From: Candidatus Omnitrophota bacterium
GTDB lineage: Bacteria > Omnitrophota > Omnitrophia > Omnitrophales > Aquincolibacteriaceae
Direction of reading: 5' to 3'
DNA: 51,600 nt
Assembly: GCA_019052695.1 (NCBI GenBank)
Contig: JAHQRI010000002.1
Span: 1 to 51,600 of the forward strand
Part shown: positions 7,309 to 15,983 of the stretch, piece by piece
Layout of the letters: each line of letters opens with the position of its first letter
Numbering within the stretch: the first letter of the stretch is position 1
Position numbers and translations under genes: made by a program
The notes under the pieces: model-generated
What the model saw: only the letters and a program-made list of their open reading frames with translations
Database searches by the model: none
What the model was told of the DNA's origin: nothing

Positions 7309-9066
7309 GTGATCCCAAACAGCCCGTCATCCATTCAAAAGTTCGCCGGGGGTGTGAAACGCGACCCTTGGAAGAACCTTTTCTGGTCCTTCGCCGCACT
7401 CCTCTTGATCACAATGGCCCTTTTGAGCCGACATTACGGCACGACTTGGGATGAGTGGATGGACGCGAACAACGGCATGCTCGCCCTCCGGAATATCCTG
7501 ACCTTGGGCCGTGACATGGCGTTCATGGGGTTTTGGCACGGCTACCTTTACAGCCAGCTCTTCTACACGGTTGTCGGGGTCCTTTTCGGCCTTTGTTTTG
7601 ATTCGGTCTGGAACATCGCCCACGAGGGACTGCACAACGAAAAGCTGCTCCTCCCTTTCTTCCGTTTCAGCCACTTGATCAACGCCCTGTTCGGTTTTTG
7701 GGCTATGCTCTACACGGGCCTTTTTGCAAAAAAGTTGGCGGGTTGGCGGGCGGCATTCCTCGCACTTCTTTTTATCGCGCTCTCCCCGCGTTTTTTCGGC
7801 AGCTCCATGAACAACCCGAAAGACATTCCCTTCGCGGCTACATCTATCTTTGCCCTTTATTATCTGGCTGTCCTTCTCGGGGAGCTGCCGCGGGTCAAAA
7901 AGAGAACTCTCGCCATGACCGCAGTCAGCTTGGGTCTCTGCATCGGTTCACGTCTGGGAGGCGTGGTCCTGATCGCGTATGGGACTCTTTTTACGGCCGG
8001 GATCCTTTTTCACATGTCCCGCGTCACTTCCCTTCCTCCGAGGACCCTTGTGCAAACGTTGGCGGCTTCCCTCGCGGTTCTCGTGTGCGGCATCGGCATC
8101 GGTTTTATTTTTTGGCCCTACGGAAGGACCCACCTTCCCGCGGAAATGTTGCGGGCGATCCTCGAAATACCCCACTTTGAGTTCTGGAACAATCCCGTTC
8201 TTTTTGAAGGCCGGGTCACGGCGGCCTCGGACCTCCCCTGGTATTATCTTTTGAAATGGATCCTGATCAGCACGCCGTTCTTTTTCCCCGCCGGGTTGGT
8301 CCTGTGGGCCATCGCCTTATTTAAAAAAGAGACGTCCGCCTCAGGGTCGGTGTTGCTCCTTGCCGCGGCGGGTTTTTTTCCGTTGTTCTTCGTCCTGGTC
8401 GGCCGCACGGTCGTTTATGACAGTTGGCGGCATCTATTGTTCATCTACCCGCCCCTCGTCGTTCTCGCCGCGCTCGGCTGGGAGTCCCTTCTAAAAATGT
8501 CCCCTCAGCGAAAGAAAATCGCTTTGGCTTGGACCGTGGTCGCACTCTTGTGCGCCGAACCTTTTCTTTGGATCGCGAGGAACAGCCGTTACGCCGGCGT
8601 TTATTTCAATCCGGCGGTAGGCGGCCTGCACGGAGCGTTCACGCGGTATGAATCGGATTACTGGGGGTCCTGCTTGGAGGAGTCCGCGGCATGGCTGGCC
8701 GAGCACCACAGGAAAAATGCTGCCGCCTTCCCGTTCGCTTGGGTCTGGACGGAAGGGCAGATCATGCAAACTTACCCGACGCTGCGGAGGGAATTGGGGA
8801 ATTACTACAGGCCTTTCGGATACCCCGAAAACTTTCTGGCAACGGCTCCCTACACCTTCTACGCTTTCGGGAGCGATCTGCCGCGAAACCTGCCCTGGAA
8901 TTACGCGATCTTGATATCACGCAACCGCACGAAGGAGGAGCTGGAAACCCGATGGCCGCCTCCGGGCACGATCCACACGGTAAGAGCGGATAACGTCCCG
9001 CTTTGCGCGGTCGTACAGAACGAGGAGTTCTACAAGACGCTCGCCAACGCCCGGACGCAACAATAA
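7309..9066 (+). CDS. Polytopic GT-C fold glycosyltransferase (ArnT/PMT-like, GT39/GT83-type)
   Basis: 585-aa ORF (GTG start; an alternative GTG lies at 7354). It has at least 10 hydrophobic helices, a first extracytoplasmic loop with a D-E motif (GTTWDEWMD), and SPRFFGSSMNNPKDIPFA. A soluble C-terminal domain of about 170 aa follows, which is the architecture of lipid-carrier-dependent periplasmic glycosyltransferases. Confidence 0.7.
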   Translation: MIPNSPSSIQKFAGGVKRDPWKNLFWSFAALLLITMALLSRHYGTTWDEWMDANNGMLALRNILTLGRDMAFMGFWHGYLYSQLFYTVVGVLFGLCFDSVWNIAHEGLHNEKLLLPFFRFSHLINALFGFWAMLYTGLFAKKLAGWRAAFLALLFIALSPRFFGSSMNNPKDIPFAATSIFALYYLAVLLGELPRVKKRTLAMTAVSLGLCIGSRLGGVVLIAYGTLFTAGILFHMSRVTSLPPRTLVQTLAASLAVLVCGIGIGFIFWPYGRTHLPAEMLRAILEIPHFEFWNNPVLFEGRVTAASDLPWYYLLKWILISTPFFFPAGLVLWAIALFKKETSASGSVLLLAAAGFFPLFFVLVGRTVVYDSWRHLLFIYPPLVVLAALGWESLLKMSPQRKKIALAWTVVALLCAEPFLWIARNSRYAGVYFNPAVGGLHGAFTRYESDYWGSCLEESAAWLAEHHRKNAAAFPFAWVWTEGQIMQTYPTLRRELGNYYRPFGYPENFLATAPYTFYAFGSDLPRNLPWNYAILISRNRTKEELETRWPPPGTIHTVRADNVPLCAVVQNEEFYKTLANARTQQ

Positions 9067-9069
9067 CCT

Positions 9070-9750
9070 TTAACGACTAAGCCGAGCGCCGTCCCGCACG
9101 AATTGCCGGACCGTTTCTTTTGAGTGGGGGTGGACGATCATTCCTTCCACAAGCTTCGGGGTCGCCGTCACGATGTGGGCCCCCGCATCGAACCACTGGA
9201 TGATGTTGAACACTTCACGCGTGGACCCGACGATGATCTTGGCCTTAAGGCCGAGTCGGTCGATAAGGTTGCGTAGTTTCGAAATTTCTTCGCAAGCGTC
9301 GTACCCTATGTCCTGCACCCGGCCGCCGAAAATCGAAACATAGGTCGCACCCGCCATGGCCGCGACAAGGCCCTGTTGCGCCGCCATCATCGCCGTCACG
9401 TTGATCCGGAGATTCAACTTCGTTTCGCACTCGTGGATCAGGGCAAGGTTGTCTAGTTCGCCTTCCGGCCCATGGATCGGGATCTTAATATTAATGTTGT
9501 CCGCCCACCCTGAGAATTCTTGCGCCTGGGCACGCATACCGGCGGGATCGTTGTTCAAGACCTCAACCGAAAGAGGGAGCGGGGCGATCAGTTTAGCGAT
9601 CCCCACGACCCGTTCCCGGACCGCTTCCCCGCCGGCGGGCAGGCCTTCCCTGACCAGAAGGGTAGGATTGGTCGTCACTCCCCGCAAGATCCCCATCGCC
9701 AGATATTTTTTGATCTCGTCCACGTTCCCCGTATCAAGAAAGATGCCCAT
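9070..9750 (-). CDS. Transaldolase / fructose-6-phosphate aldolase family (short TalC/Fsa type)
   Basis: ORF 9070..9831 trimmed to the ATG at 9750, which has SD aaggag 8 nt upstream. MGIFLDTGNVDEIKKYLAMGILRGVTTNPTLL is the hallmark N-terminus of about 220-aa transaldolases. The Schiff-base Lys context is INIKIP. Confidence 0.85.
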   Translation of the reverse strand: MGIFLDTGNVDEIKKYLAMGILRGVTTNPTLLVREGLPAGGEAVRERVVGIAKLIAPLPLSVEVLNNDPAGMRAQAQEFSGWADNINIKIPIHGPEGELDNLALIHECETKLNLRINVTAMMAAQQGLVAAMAGATYVSIFGGRVQDIGYDACEEISKLRNLIDRLGLKAKIIVGSTREVFNIIQWFDAGAHIVTATPKLVEGMIVHPHSKETVRQFVRDGARLSR

Positions 9751-9764
9751 CGGAGCGCTCCTTT

Positions 9765-10364
9765 TTATTTCACTGATTCCCATTTCATTTCGTTTTTTTG
9801 AAGCAAAGGATGCGAGACAAGCAGATGCCAAACCACCGCCTGAAAGGCCTCCGTATGGGGCGTCACTGTTTCCGGGTTGACGACCGGAACGACCACGCAG
9901 GCGTCGGCGACTTTCGCCGTGTACCCGCCGTCTCGCCCGACCACCCCGGCGACCCGGGCGCCCGTTTTCTTGGCAAGCTCAAGCGCTTTGACGATGTTCG
10001 CGCTGACCTTCTTTTCAAGGTCCCCGCCGCCCACCGAAAAAACGAAAACGAGGTCCCGGGAAGACAGGCGGCTCCCCTTGAGCCATCCTGAGAGGGAGTC
10101 TTCCCATCCGTCATCGTTGATGCGCGCGGTCCACTCGGCAACATTGTCGGCGGGCGTATAGCATTCCATCGCGCAGATCTTACGGAAATCATTCACCGCG
10201 TGCGACGCGTGGGCCGCGCCGCCGCCCACTCCGACAAAAAAAAGCCTGCCGCCGCCGTCCCGTATCCCGGCGATCAACCGGGCCAATGACTCTACCGCAG
10301 CCGCGTCGATCCGTCCCGCGATCTGCTTTGCCTCATCCAAATATTTTTCGGCATATCCTTGCAT
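9765..10364 (-). CDS. gmhA: SIS-domain sugar-phosphate isomerase, GmhA-like (sedoheptulose-7-phosphate isomerase)
   Basis: 199 aa. The SIS motifs are GRLFFVGVGGGAAHASHAVNDF and VFVFSVGGG. The genomic context with HddA, GmhB and HddC activities supports the assignment. Confidence 0.7.
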   Translation of the reverse strand: MQGYAEKYLDEAKQIAGRIDAAAVESLARLIAGIRDGGGRLFFVGVGGGAAHASHAVNDFRKICAMECYTPADNVAEWTARINDDGWEDSLSGWLKGSRLSSRDLVFVFSVGGGDLEKKVSANIVKALELAKKTGARVAGVVGRDGGYTAKVADACVVVPVVNPETVTPHTEAFQAVVWHLLVSHPLLQKNEMKWESVK

Positions 10365-10379
10365 GGTCCCTCCCCGTCC

Positions 10380-11924
10380 TCAGGCGCGGCCGAATGCCAG
10401 TATTTGACCCACGGCATCCCCGAGACTGTTCGCGATCATGTCGGCCTTGGTCCCCTGGTTGTAATCCTTTCGGATCAACACCGTCCTGCACCCGGCCGCC
10501 CGCCCGGCTCCCACGTCCCGCGCGTGGTCCCCGATAAAAAAACTCTTCCCGAGATCAAGACCCCATTCCGCGGCCGCCCGCCGCAGCAATCCCGGTTTGG
10601 GCTTGCGGCAATCGCAACCGTCCCCATTATCATGCGGGCAAAAGTAAATTTCACTTAAAATATCTTTGCCGCCGAGCGCATCCCGAAGCCGCCTATGCAT
10701 AGCATCGAGCACGTCCGGGTCCAGCTTTTTCCGGGCAATGTCCGGCTGGTTCGTTGCGACAAAAAGCAGGTAACCCTGATCATGCAGCGTTTTTAATAGA
10801 ACCCCGGCCTCCGGGTCGATCTCAAACTCCTCCTCCGAAAGCGGTGCCGCAGCCTTCCCATCCCGCAGAAAAGATTTCACCAACACACCGTCCCGGTCGA
10901 AAAAAACCGCTTTCCTTTTCCCGGTCTTTCTTTCCAGAACCCCCTTCTCAAAGCACCACTCGAGGGCCCGCCGGTACCCTTCCCGGTAACCGACCTTGGG
11001 ATCATATCCCAAAACCCTTTCCGCCCGTTCGATCGTGTACGCAATGTGCTTATGCGCTTCACCCATGATGTGGGGCAGCATCCAGTAGATTCCGGCGGCT
11101 TCAAGGACCTTGTCAAACACCTCCGCCGCCTCGGCCATCCATCGCGGAAAGCGGACGATCTTCACGGGCACACCGAGCGCGTCCGCCATCGCGGAAAGGA
11201 TCTGGTTGAGCGTCGGGATCTCACGGTCGATGACCGTGAACGTTTGTCCGTCGGCCTCGGGTTTCCGGAGCGCAAGATGGACCGCCTGGACGAGGTTATC
11301 GATGAAGGTCACGCTCCGCATGTATTCCCCGCTCCCGAAAACGGGGAACCACCCTCTCTGTACATGACGGTAAACATCGAGATGCCTCGCCGGCACCGGC
11401 GGCCCGTAGAACATCGCGGGCCGCAGGATCACGGTCCGGATCTTCCCCATCCTCTGGAATTCTTCGACCGCCTCTTCGCCTTCGCGCTTGCTTTTCCCGT
11501 AGTGGCTCACCGGACGGCATGGCGCGGACTCGTCAAGCTCGTGCCCTCTCCCTTCGCAGAACCCTTGGGCCGCGTTCGAGCTGATGTAAACCAGCTTGGG
11601 GACACCCGCGGCCACGGCCGCTTCAAGCAGGTTTCGCGTCCCGTCACGGTTGATGCGGTAAAAATCATCCGGTCTTTTGACGTGAATGATCCCGGCCGCA
11701 TGAAGGATCACGTCCATGCCTTTCACGGCCTCGCACAGGGATGCGGGTTCGCCCAGATCGCCCGGCACGCATTCCCACGGCCCTTTGGGCAGCTCGGAAA
11801 GTTTATGGAGGGGATGGACCAGACAGCGGATCGAAGAAAAAGTCTCCGGATAATCTCCGAGCGTTTCCAGGAAGCGGTTCGTGAGCCAGCCGGGAAAACC
11901 GGTGACAAGAAGGCGCAAGGCCAT
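10380..11924 (-). CDS. Fusion protein: N-terminal NAD-dependent epimerase/dehydratase (extended SDR) + C-terminal HAD D,D-heptose 1,7-bisphosphate phosphatase (GmhB-like)
   Basis: 514 aa. The N-terminus has VTGFPGWLTNRF (Rossmann) and YGKSK (YxxxK). The C-terminus has FFDRDGVL (HAD motif I), VATNQ, the zinc-finger-like CPHDNGDGCDCRKPKPG typical of GmhB, and FFIGDHARDVGAG. The start ATG shares one base with the GT2 stop (TGATG). Confidence 0.85.
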   Translation of the reverse strand: MALRLLVTGFPGWLTNRFLETLGDYPETFSSIRCLVHPLHKLSELPKGPWECVPGDLGEPASLCEAVKGMDVILHAAGIIHVKRPDDFYRINRDGTRNLLEAAVAAGVPKLVYISSNAAQGFCEGRGHELDESAPCRPVSHYGKSKREGEEAVEEFQRMGKIRTVILRPAMFYGPPVPARHLDVYRHVQRGWFPVFGSGEYMRSVTFIDNLVQAVHLALRKPEADGQTFTVIDREIPTLNQILSAMADALGVPVKIVRFPRWMAEAAEVFDKVLEAAGIYWMLPHIMGEAHKHIAYTIERAERVLGYDPKVGYREGYRRALEWCFEKGVLERKTGKRKAVFFDRDGVLVKSFLRDGKAAAPLSEEEFEIDPEAGVLLKTLHDQGYLLFVATNQPDIARKKLDPDVLDAMHRRLRDALGGKDILSEIYFCPHDNGDGCDCRKPKPGLLRRAAAEWGLDLGKSFFIGDHARDVGAGRAAGCRTVLIRKDYNQGTKADMIANSLGDAVGQILAFGRA

Positions 11925-12637
11925 CAGTCGTACTTCCCTAAGAGTTCAAGCGCGCGGATCCTCAAAAGGCTTAGCGGGTCAAAGATCATGCACTGGGGGA
12001 TATTAATTGTTGAACCTTCCTTGTTTACCCAACGGACCGGCTGGGAGAACAACGGGATCCCGTGTTTCTGGGCGATCAAGAAGATCTCGACGTCGTACAT
12101 GCCGCCCCCGATCCGGAGCCGCGGAAAGACCTGTTGCACGGCTTTCTTCGAAAAAAGTTTGAACCCGCACTGGCTGTCGGCCACGGAGCTTTTAAAAACG
12201 ATCATGTGCGCCATAAGCTGCTGGATCAGTCCGATGATCCTCCGGCCCTTCCCGCTCGCCCCTTCCTGTCCGCAGAACGCCCGAACGCCGACGATGATCT
12301 CGTGGGTTTTCCGCTGCGGCATGAAAAACTCCAGCGAGTCGATTGGGGTCGCGTGATCAGCGTCCATGATCAGGATGTTCTCGCCGCGGGCGGTCAATCC
12401 GCCCCGTTTGACGCAGGCCCCTTTGCCGGCGTGGCCGTTCCCCACAAGACAACGCAGTTGCTTCCAGGCCGTCGCCTTTTCCCGGCAGAGTTCCACGGTA
12501 CGATCGCGACTGCCGTCGTCCACAACGATGACCTCATATTCCCACCCCTTTGAATCCAAATAGGGCCGGATCTCCTCCAGGGTTTGAGGGAGGCGCTTTT
12601 CTTCATTGAATGCGGGGATCACAACGCTCAGCTCCAT
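11924..12637 (-). CDS. Family 2 glycosyltransferase, short DPM1/ArnC/ALG5-like (polyprenyl-phosphate glycosyltransferase type)
   Basis: 237 aa. The motifs are LSVVIPAFNEEKRLPQTLEEI, VIVVDDGSRDRT and ILIMDADH (DxD). No C-terminal TM helices are seen. Confidence 0.8.
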   Translation of the reverse strand: MELSVVIPAFNEEKRLPQTLEEIRPYLDSKGWEYEVIVVDDGSRDRTVELCREKATAWKQLRCLVGNGHAGKGACVKRGGLTARGENILIMDADHATPIDSLEFFMPQRKTHEIIVGVRAFCGQEGASGKGRRIIGLIQQLMAHMIVFKSSVADSQCGFKLFSKKAVQQVFPRLRIGGGMYDVEIFLIAQKHGIPLFSQPVRWVNKEGSTINIPQCMIFDPLSLLRIRALELLGKYD

Positions 12638-12646
12638 AAAGCTCCT

Positions 12647-13372
12647 TTAAAGAACTTTAGCGGCTAAACGCCGCGTTCGCTTGAACGCTTTCGGCGTATC
12701 CGATGCCAATACGTAGGACGCCCCTTCGACGGCGAAGAGCCCTTTTCTCCCCCGGAGCAGCTTCGGATACACGTGACGGGCGAAGTCACAGAACTTTCCT
12801 GAAGGGATCCGACGGAAGATCCGAGGAGAAAAAAGAGCCACGCCCGCGTTCACGACTTCTCGGTCGTTGATTCTTTGGCCGCCTCGTTTTTCAACGAACG
12901 CTTCCACGATCCCCTCTGGTCCCGTCCTCAGGGTCCCCGCGAAGATCCCGCTATGGACCGCCCTCGCCGGATGAAAGACCCCCAGAGTGCCGAGAGCGCG
13001 GCGGGCCCGGTGGATCTTCAACAGTGCTTTCAGGTCGAAGTCGCAGAGGTTATCCGCGTAGAGAACGAGAAAATCCCCTTTTGCCAAATACTTTTGGGCC
13101 TTCTTAACACCACCCGCCGTTCCAAGAGGTTCCTTTTCGAAGGAAAAAAGAAGCTTCATGCCAAACATCCGCTTGCGCTTCAAGAACGCCAGGATGGCCT
13201 TCTTCCCATGGCAGAGATTAATCACCGCTTCGCGGATCCCCGAACGCCGCAGGTACCGCAAATTCCTTTCAAGAAGGGTTTGACCCCTGACGGGGACCAG
13301 GACCTTGGAGCCGTACCGGCAGGCCTCGGGAAGCCGCGAACTTTTTCCGGCCGCGAGCAGCATCGCTTTCAT
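12647..13372 (-). CDS. hddC: Sugar-1-phosphate nucleotidyltransferase, HddC-like (D-glycero-alpha-D-manno-heptose-1-phosphate guanylyltransferase)
   Basis: 241 aa. MKAMLLAAGKSSRL is the G-x-G-x-R nucleotidyltransferase motif. The ATG overlaps the upstream methyltransferase stop (ATGA). Heptose specificity is inferred from context only. Confidence 0.7.
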   Translation of the reverse strand: MKAMLLAAGKSSRLPEACRYGSKVLVPVRGQTLLERNLRYLRRSGIREAVINLCHGKKAILAFLKRKRMFGMKLLFSFEKEPLGTAGGVKKAQKYLAKGDFLVLYADNLCDFDLKALLKIHRARRALGTLGVFHPARAVHSGIFAGTLRTGPEGIVEAFVEKRGGQRINDREVVNAGVALFSPRIFRRIPSGKFCDFARHVYPKLLRGRKGLFAVEGASYVLASDTPKAFKRTRRLAAKVL

Positions 13373-14049
13373 GGGCTTTTTCGGCCTTCAAAATAAAAAA
13401 AGAAAAGGTCGCGACGCCACTTTTGGACCGGAAAAGGCGCTTCCCGGACGATCCGCCGGATGACACGGTACCGCTTCATGTAGGACTCCAGTTCTTCGCG
13501 CTCATTGCAAAGTTGATCGTGAAAGGCCGATGTCCACGCCCCCAGCTTGGCAAACGGGGACATCAGGAAAGCGTGGGCTAGACTAAGCTGGGGCGAGTCA
13601 TAATGGTCGATCACGTAAAGTCGACCCGTCGGTGAAAGTACGCGCGCGGCCTCGCTTAAAAAACCGCGGATCTCGTCATTCCCGGAGAAGTGATGTAGCG
13701 AATGGGCGCAAAGGATCACATCGAGGTCCCCGGCCGCGAACGGGAGTTCCGCGGCGGCGCCCTGGACAAAACGCCAGGGTTTGTCCTTTAACTTCGACGG
13801 AGCAAAGGGGTCGATCCCCGTAAGATCCGTAAAGCCTTGTTCCGCCATAAGGTCGAGCATTTCTCCCTCGCCGCAGGCAATGTCGAGGATCCGTGCGGAG
13901 CGCGGCAGAGCGAAAAATCCGAGTTTTTTAAGCTTCTCGAGATGCGTCTTTTTTCGCCTGCGGCTCAAGGCGTCCGAGGCGTAGACCGCATGCCACCGCT
14001 CCTGCGAAGGATCCTGAGTCATTCTCGTGGTCACGAATTTCTCTTCCAA
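13369..14049 (-). CDS. Class I SAM-dependent methyltransferase
   Basis: 226 aa. Motif I is ILDIACGEGEM; the post-I motif is DLTGIDP; VILCAHSLHHF is typical of the Methyltransf_11-like family. Confidence 0.8.
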   Translation of the reverse strand: MEEKFVTTRMTQDPSQERWHAVYASDALSRRRKKTHLEKLKKLGFFALPRSARILDIACGEGEMLDLMAEQGFTDLTGIDPFAPSKLKDKPWRFVQGAAAELPFAAGDLDVILCAHSLHHFSGNDEIRGFLSEAARVLSPTGRLYVIDHYDSPQLSLAHAFLMSPFAKLGAWTSAFHDQLCNEREELESYMKRYRVIRRIVREAPFPVQKWRRDLFFFYFEGRKSP

Positions 14050-14066
14050 GGTAAGGACGGAAACCT

Positions 14067-15107
14067 TTAGGGCCTTTCCATCCGCTGCTGGTATTCGATC
14101 CGGGAATCGGCGAGGTCGAGAAGGGTCTTCGACCCTTCGAAATCGAACCGGAAATCAAGACGTTTCATACCGTTTGACCGCATCAGTTTCTCAATCCGGT
14201 CGTGGCCGTGCTCCGCGTAGAAAAGAAGGAACCCGCCGCCGCCCGCGCCGATCACCTTCCCTCCGAGGGCGCCTTTTGTCCGGGCCGCCTTGTAGACCGC
14301 GTCAATACGCGGGTTCGAGATCTTCCCGGACAGTCTTTTCTTGAATTGCCAATGCTCCTCCATCAGTTTCCCGAAACGGCGGAGGGCGCCCTTTTCAAGA
14401 GCCCCCAAGGATTCACGGCCGAGCCGTTTGATATGGTCGAGGCTCGACGCGACTGCGCGGTGGGTTTTCGCTTGAGAGTCCCGCATGGCGGTATGCTGGT
14501 CAATCAAAACGTCTTCCGTGTTCCGCTGGATCCCGGAGTAGTAAAGAAGCAAGTTGTGCTCGAGGTCCCGGACCGTCGCCATAGCGACCTTGGCCGGACG
14601 CGTTGCCACCCGGCCCTGGCGGTCGATCTCCATGACAAGGATACCGCCGTAGGCCGCAATGTAGGCGTCCTGTTTTCCGATCGGCTTCTTCAGGCGGCGC
14701 ATCTCAATGTTGCACGCAAGTTCGGCAAGAGACTTGATCGAACCGCGTTCTTTCTTGTAGACCCGAAGCGCGTTCAGCAGGCCAACAAGGTAACAGCTGG
14801 AAGATCCCATCCCCGTGCCCGCGGAAATGTCAGCGAAAGAGACCACCTCGAGGGCGTCCCTGATCTTAAACTGCTTCAACGCTTCCCGCGCCAATTCGTG
14901 CTGAAGTTCGGAAACGCGCTTTACGGTCTCGGACCTGGAGTATTTGACGCGGAGCAATCGATCGATAAAAGGGGTGTTGACCGCAACGTACATGTATTTA
15001 TCGATCGCGCTCGTGACAAGGAATCCGCCGCGTTTCCCGTAATAAGAGGGAAGGTCCGTGCCCCCTCCGCCGAGGGTGATCCTGAAAGGAGTGCGCGTGA
15101 TGATCAT
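14067..15107 (-). CDS. hddA: GHMP-family sugar kinase, HddA-like (D-glycero-alpha-D-manno-heptose-7-phosphate kinase)
   Basis: ORF 14067..15353 trimmed to the ATG at 15107, preceded by gggaga. MIITRTPFRITLGGGGTDLPSYY is the characteristic N-terminus, GTGMGSSS is the GHMP motif II, and GAGGGGF is motif III. Confidence 0.8.
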   Translation of the reverse strand: MIITRTPFRITLGGGGTDLPSYYGKRGGFLVTSAIDKYMYVAVNTPFIDRLLRVKYSRSETVKRVSELQHELAREALKQFKIRDALEVVSFADISAGTGMGSSSCYLVGLLNALRVYKKERGSIKSLAELACNIEMRRLKKPIGKQDAYIAAYGGILVMEIDRQGRVATRPAKVAMATVRDLEHNLLLYYSGIQRNTEDVLIDQHTAMRDSQAKTHRAVASSLDHIKRLGRESLGALEKGALRRFGKLMEEHWQFKKRLSGKISNPRIDAVYKAARTKGALGGKVIGAGGGGFLLFYAEHGHDRIEKLMRSNGMKRLDFRFDFEGSKTLLDLADSRIEYQQRMERP

Positions 15108-15440
15108 CGACCCATTCTCCCGTTTTCGAAAAGTATAATCTCCCCTTTTTTGATTTACCACTTCAAAGATAGGGTCGGTCCCCTCGTAGCGGCTTTCGGG
15201 GACGCACAGCTTGAGCCGCACGCAGCCGGAAGGGTCTTTCTCCGCATTTTTTGGACAGGCGTTGAAGCGGCTTTTGGAAAAACGACCGGCGGCTGACGCC
15301 CGGGCGCCGAACTTACGACTTTGGGGAACGCGGCCTTTTAGGATCGGCCACAAGCAATGCGGGGCCAGCTCATCACCCTAGGCGAATTTGTTTTCGGCGC
15401 ATCGGTCGCAAAAACAATGGCCGCGCCCTGCAACGACCTC

Positions 15441-15983
15441 TTATTTAACAAGGCAACACAGCTTCTTATCCGCGATCCGATAATACAGGGGCGCGACCAT
15501 GATCTTCGGGTATCGCCTGCGCAGCCTGTCTGTTTCGCTCATAATAAACTCTACTTCATTCCCGATCTCATGCATCACGGCCAGATTCAAAAAATGCTCT
15601 TCGGCGGCCTCCTTGCTCCAGCCCGCCCGCTCGACCAACCCGCTGATGAATTCTTTTTTCTTGGAGACTAAGTTGACCATACCGCAATGGTCGTGCCCTA
15701 TCAAAGCGATGTGACTCACCTGCCCGACCCCAATGGCATAGGAAACTTTGAACTCACTATACCGCAAGTTCGCTCCCCCCGATCGGATGATAAACGCGAA
15801 GTTGTCGGGAATTTGCAAGCACTTGCGGTTATCCATACACATGCCAATAAGAAGACGGGCCTGCGTGTATGGTTCGAACCGGCGGTTCAGATTATGGTAT
15901 TCAAGTAGTAGGCCGATCGGGGTGTTGCGATATTTCGTGGGGATGTCCGCTTTTTTCCTAACGGGTATGATCTTATATTTCAT
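15441..15983 (-). CDS. Beta-class carbonic anhydrase-like protein
   Basis: ORF 15441..16016 (TTG); the ATG at 15983 (MKYKIIP) is preferred. The zinc-ligand pattern C-x-D-x-R (CMDNR) and H-x-x-C-G (HDHCG) has beta-CA-like spacing. Confidence 0.65.
   Translation of the reverse strand: MKYKIIPVRKKADIPTKYRNTPIGLLLEYHNLNRRFEPYTQARLLIGMCMDNRKCLQIPDNFAFIIRSGGANLRYSEFKVSYAIGVGQVSHIALIGHDHCGMVNLVSKKKEFISGLVERAGWSKEAAEEHFLNLAVMHEIGNEVEFIMSETDRLRRRYPKIMVAPLYYRIADKKLCCLVK

Noticed and set aside
9064-9072. Convergent stop codons of the GT-C gene and the transaldolase, only 3 nt apart, with no terminator
   Set aside because: It is real in the sequence, but tight convergent gene ends are common in compact genomes. 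It carries no specific functional implication.
11046-12356. 436-aa plus-strand ORF, with similar long antisense ORFs at 14202..15296, 18587..19873, 20601..21293, 27561..28565, 43373..44092, 46316..47329 and 34338..35030
   Set aside because: Each lies entirely antisense to a gene with strong family motifs (SDR::GmhB/GT2, hddA, gyrA, gyrB, yidC, bioF, bioD/rnfC, GH94). Their sequences are low-complexity and Arg/Pro/Gly/His-rich. Long open antisense frames are expected at this GC content.
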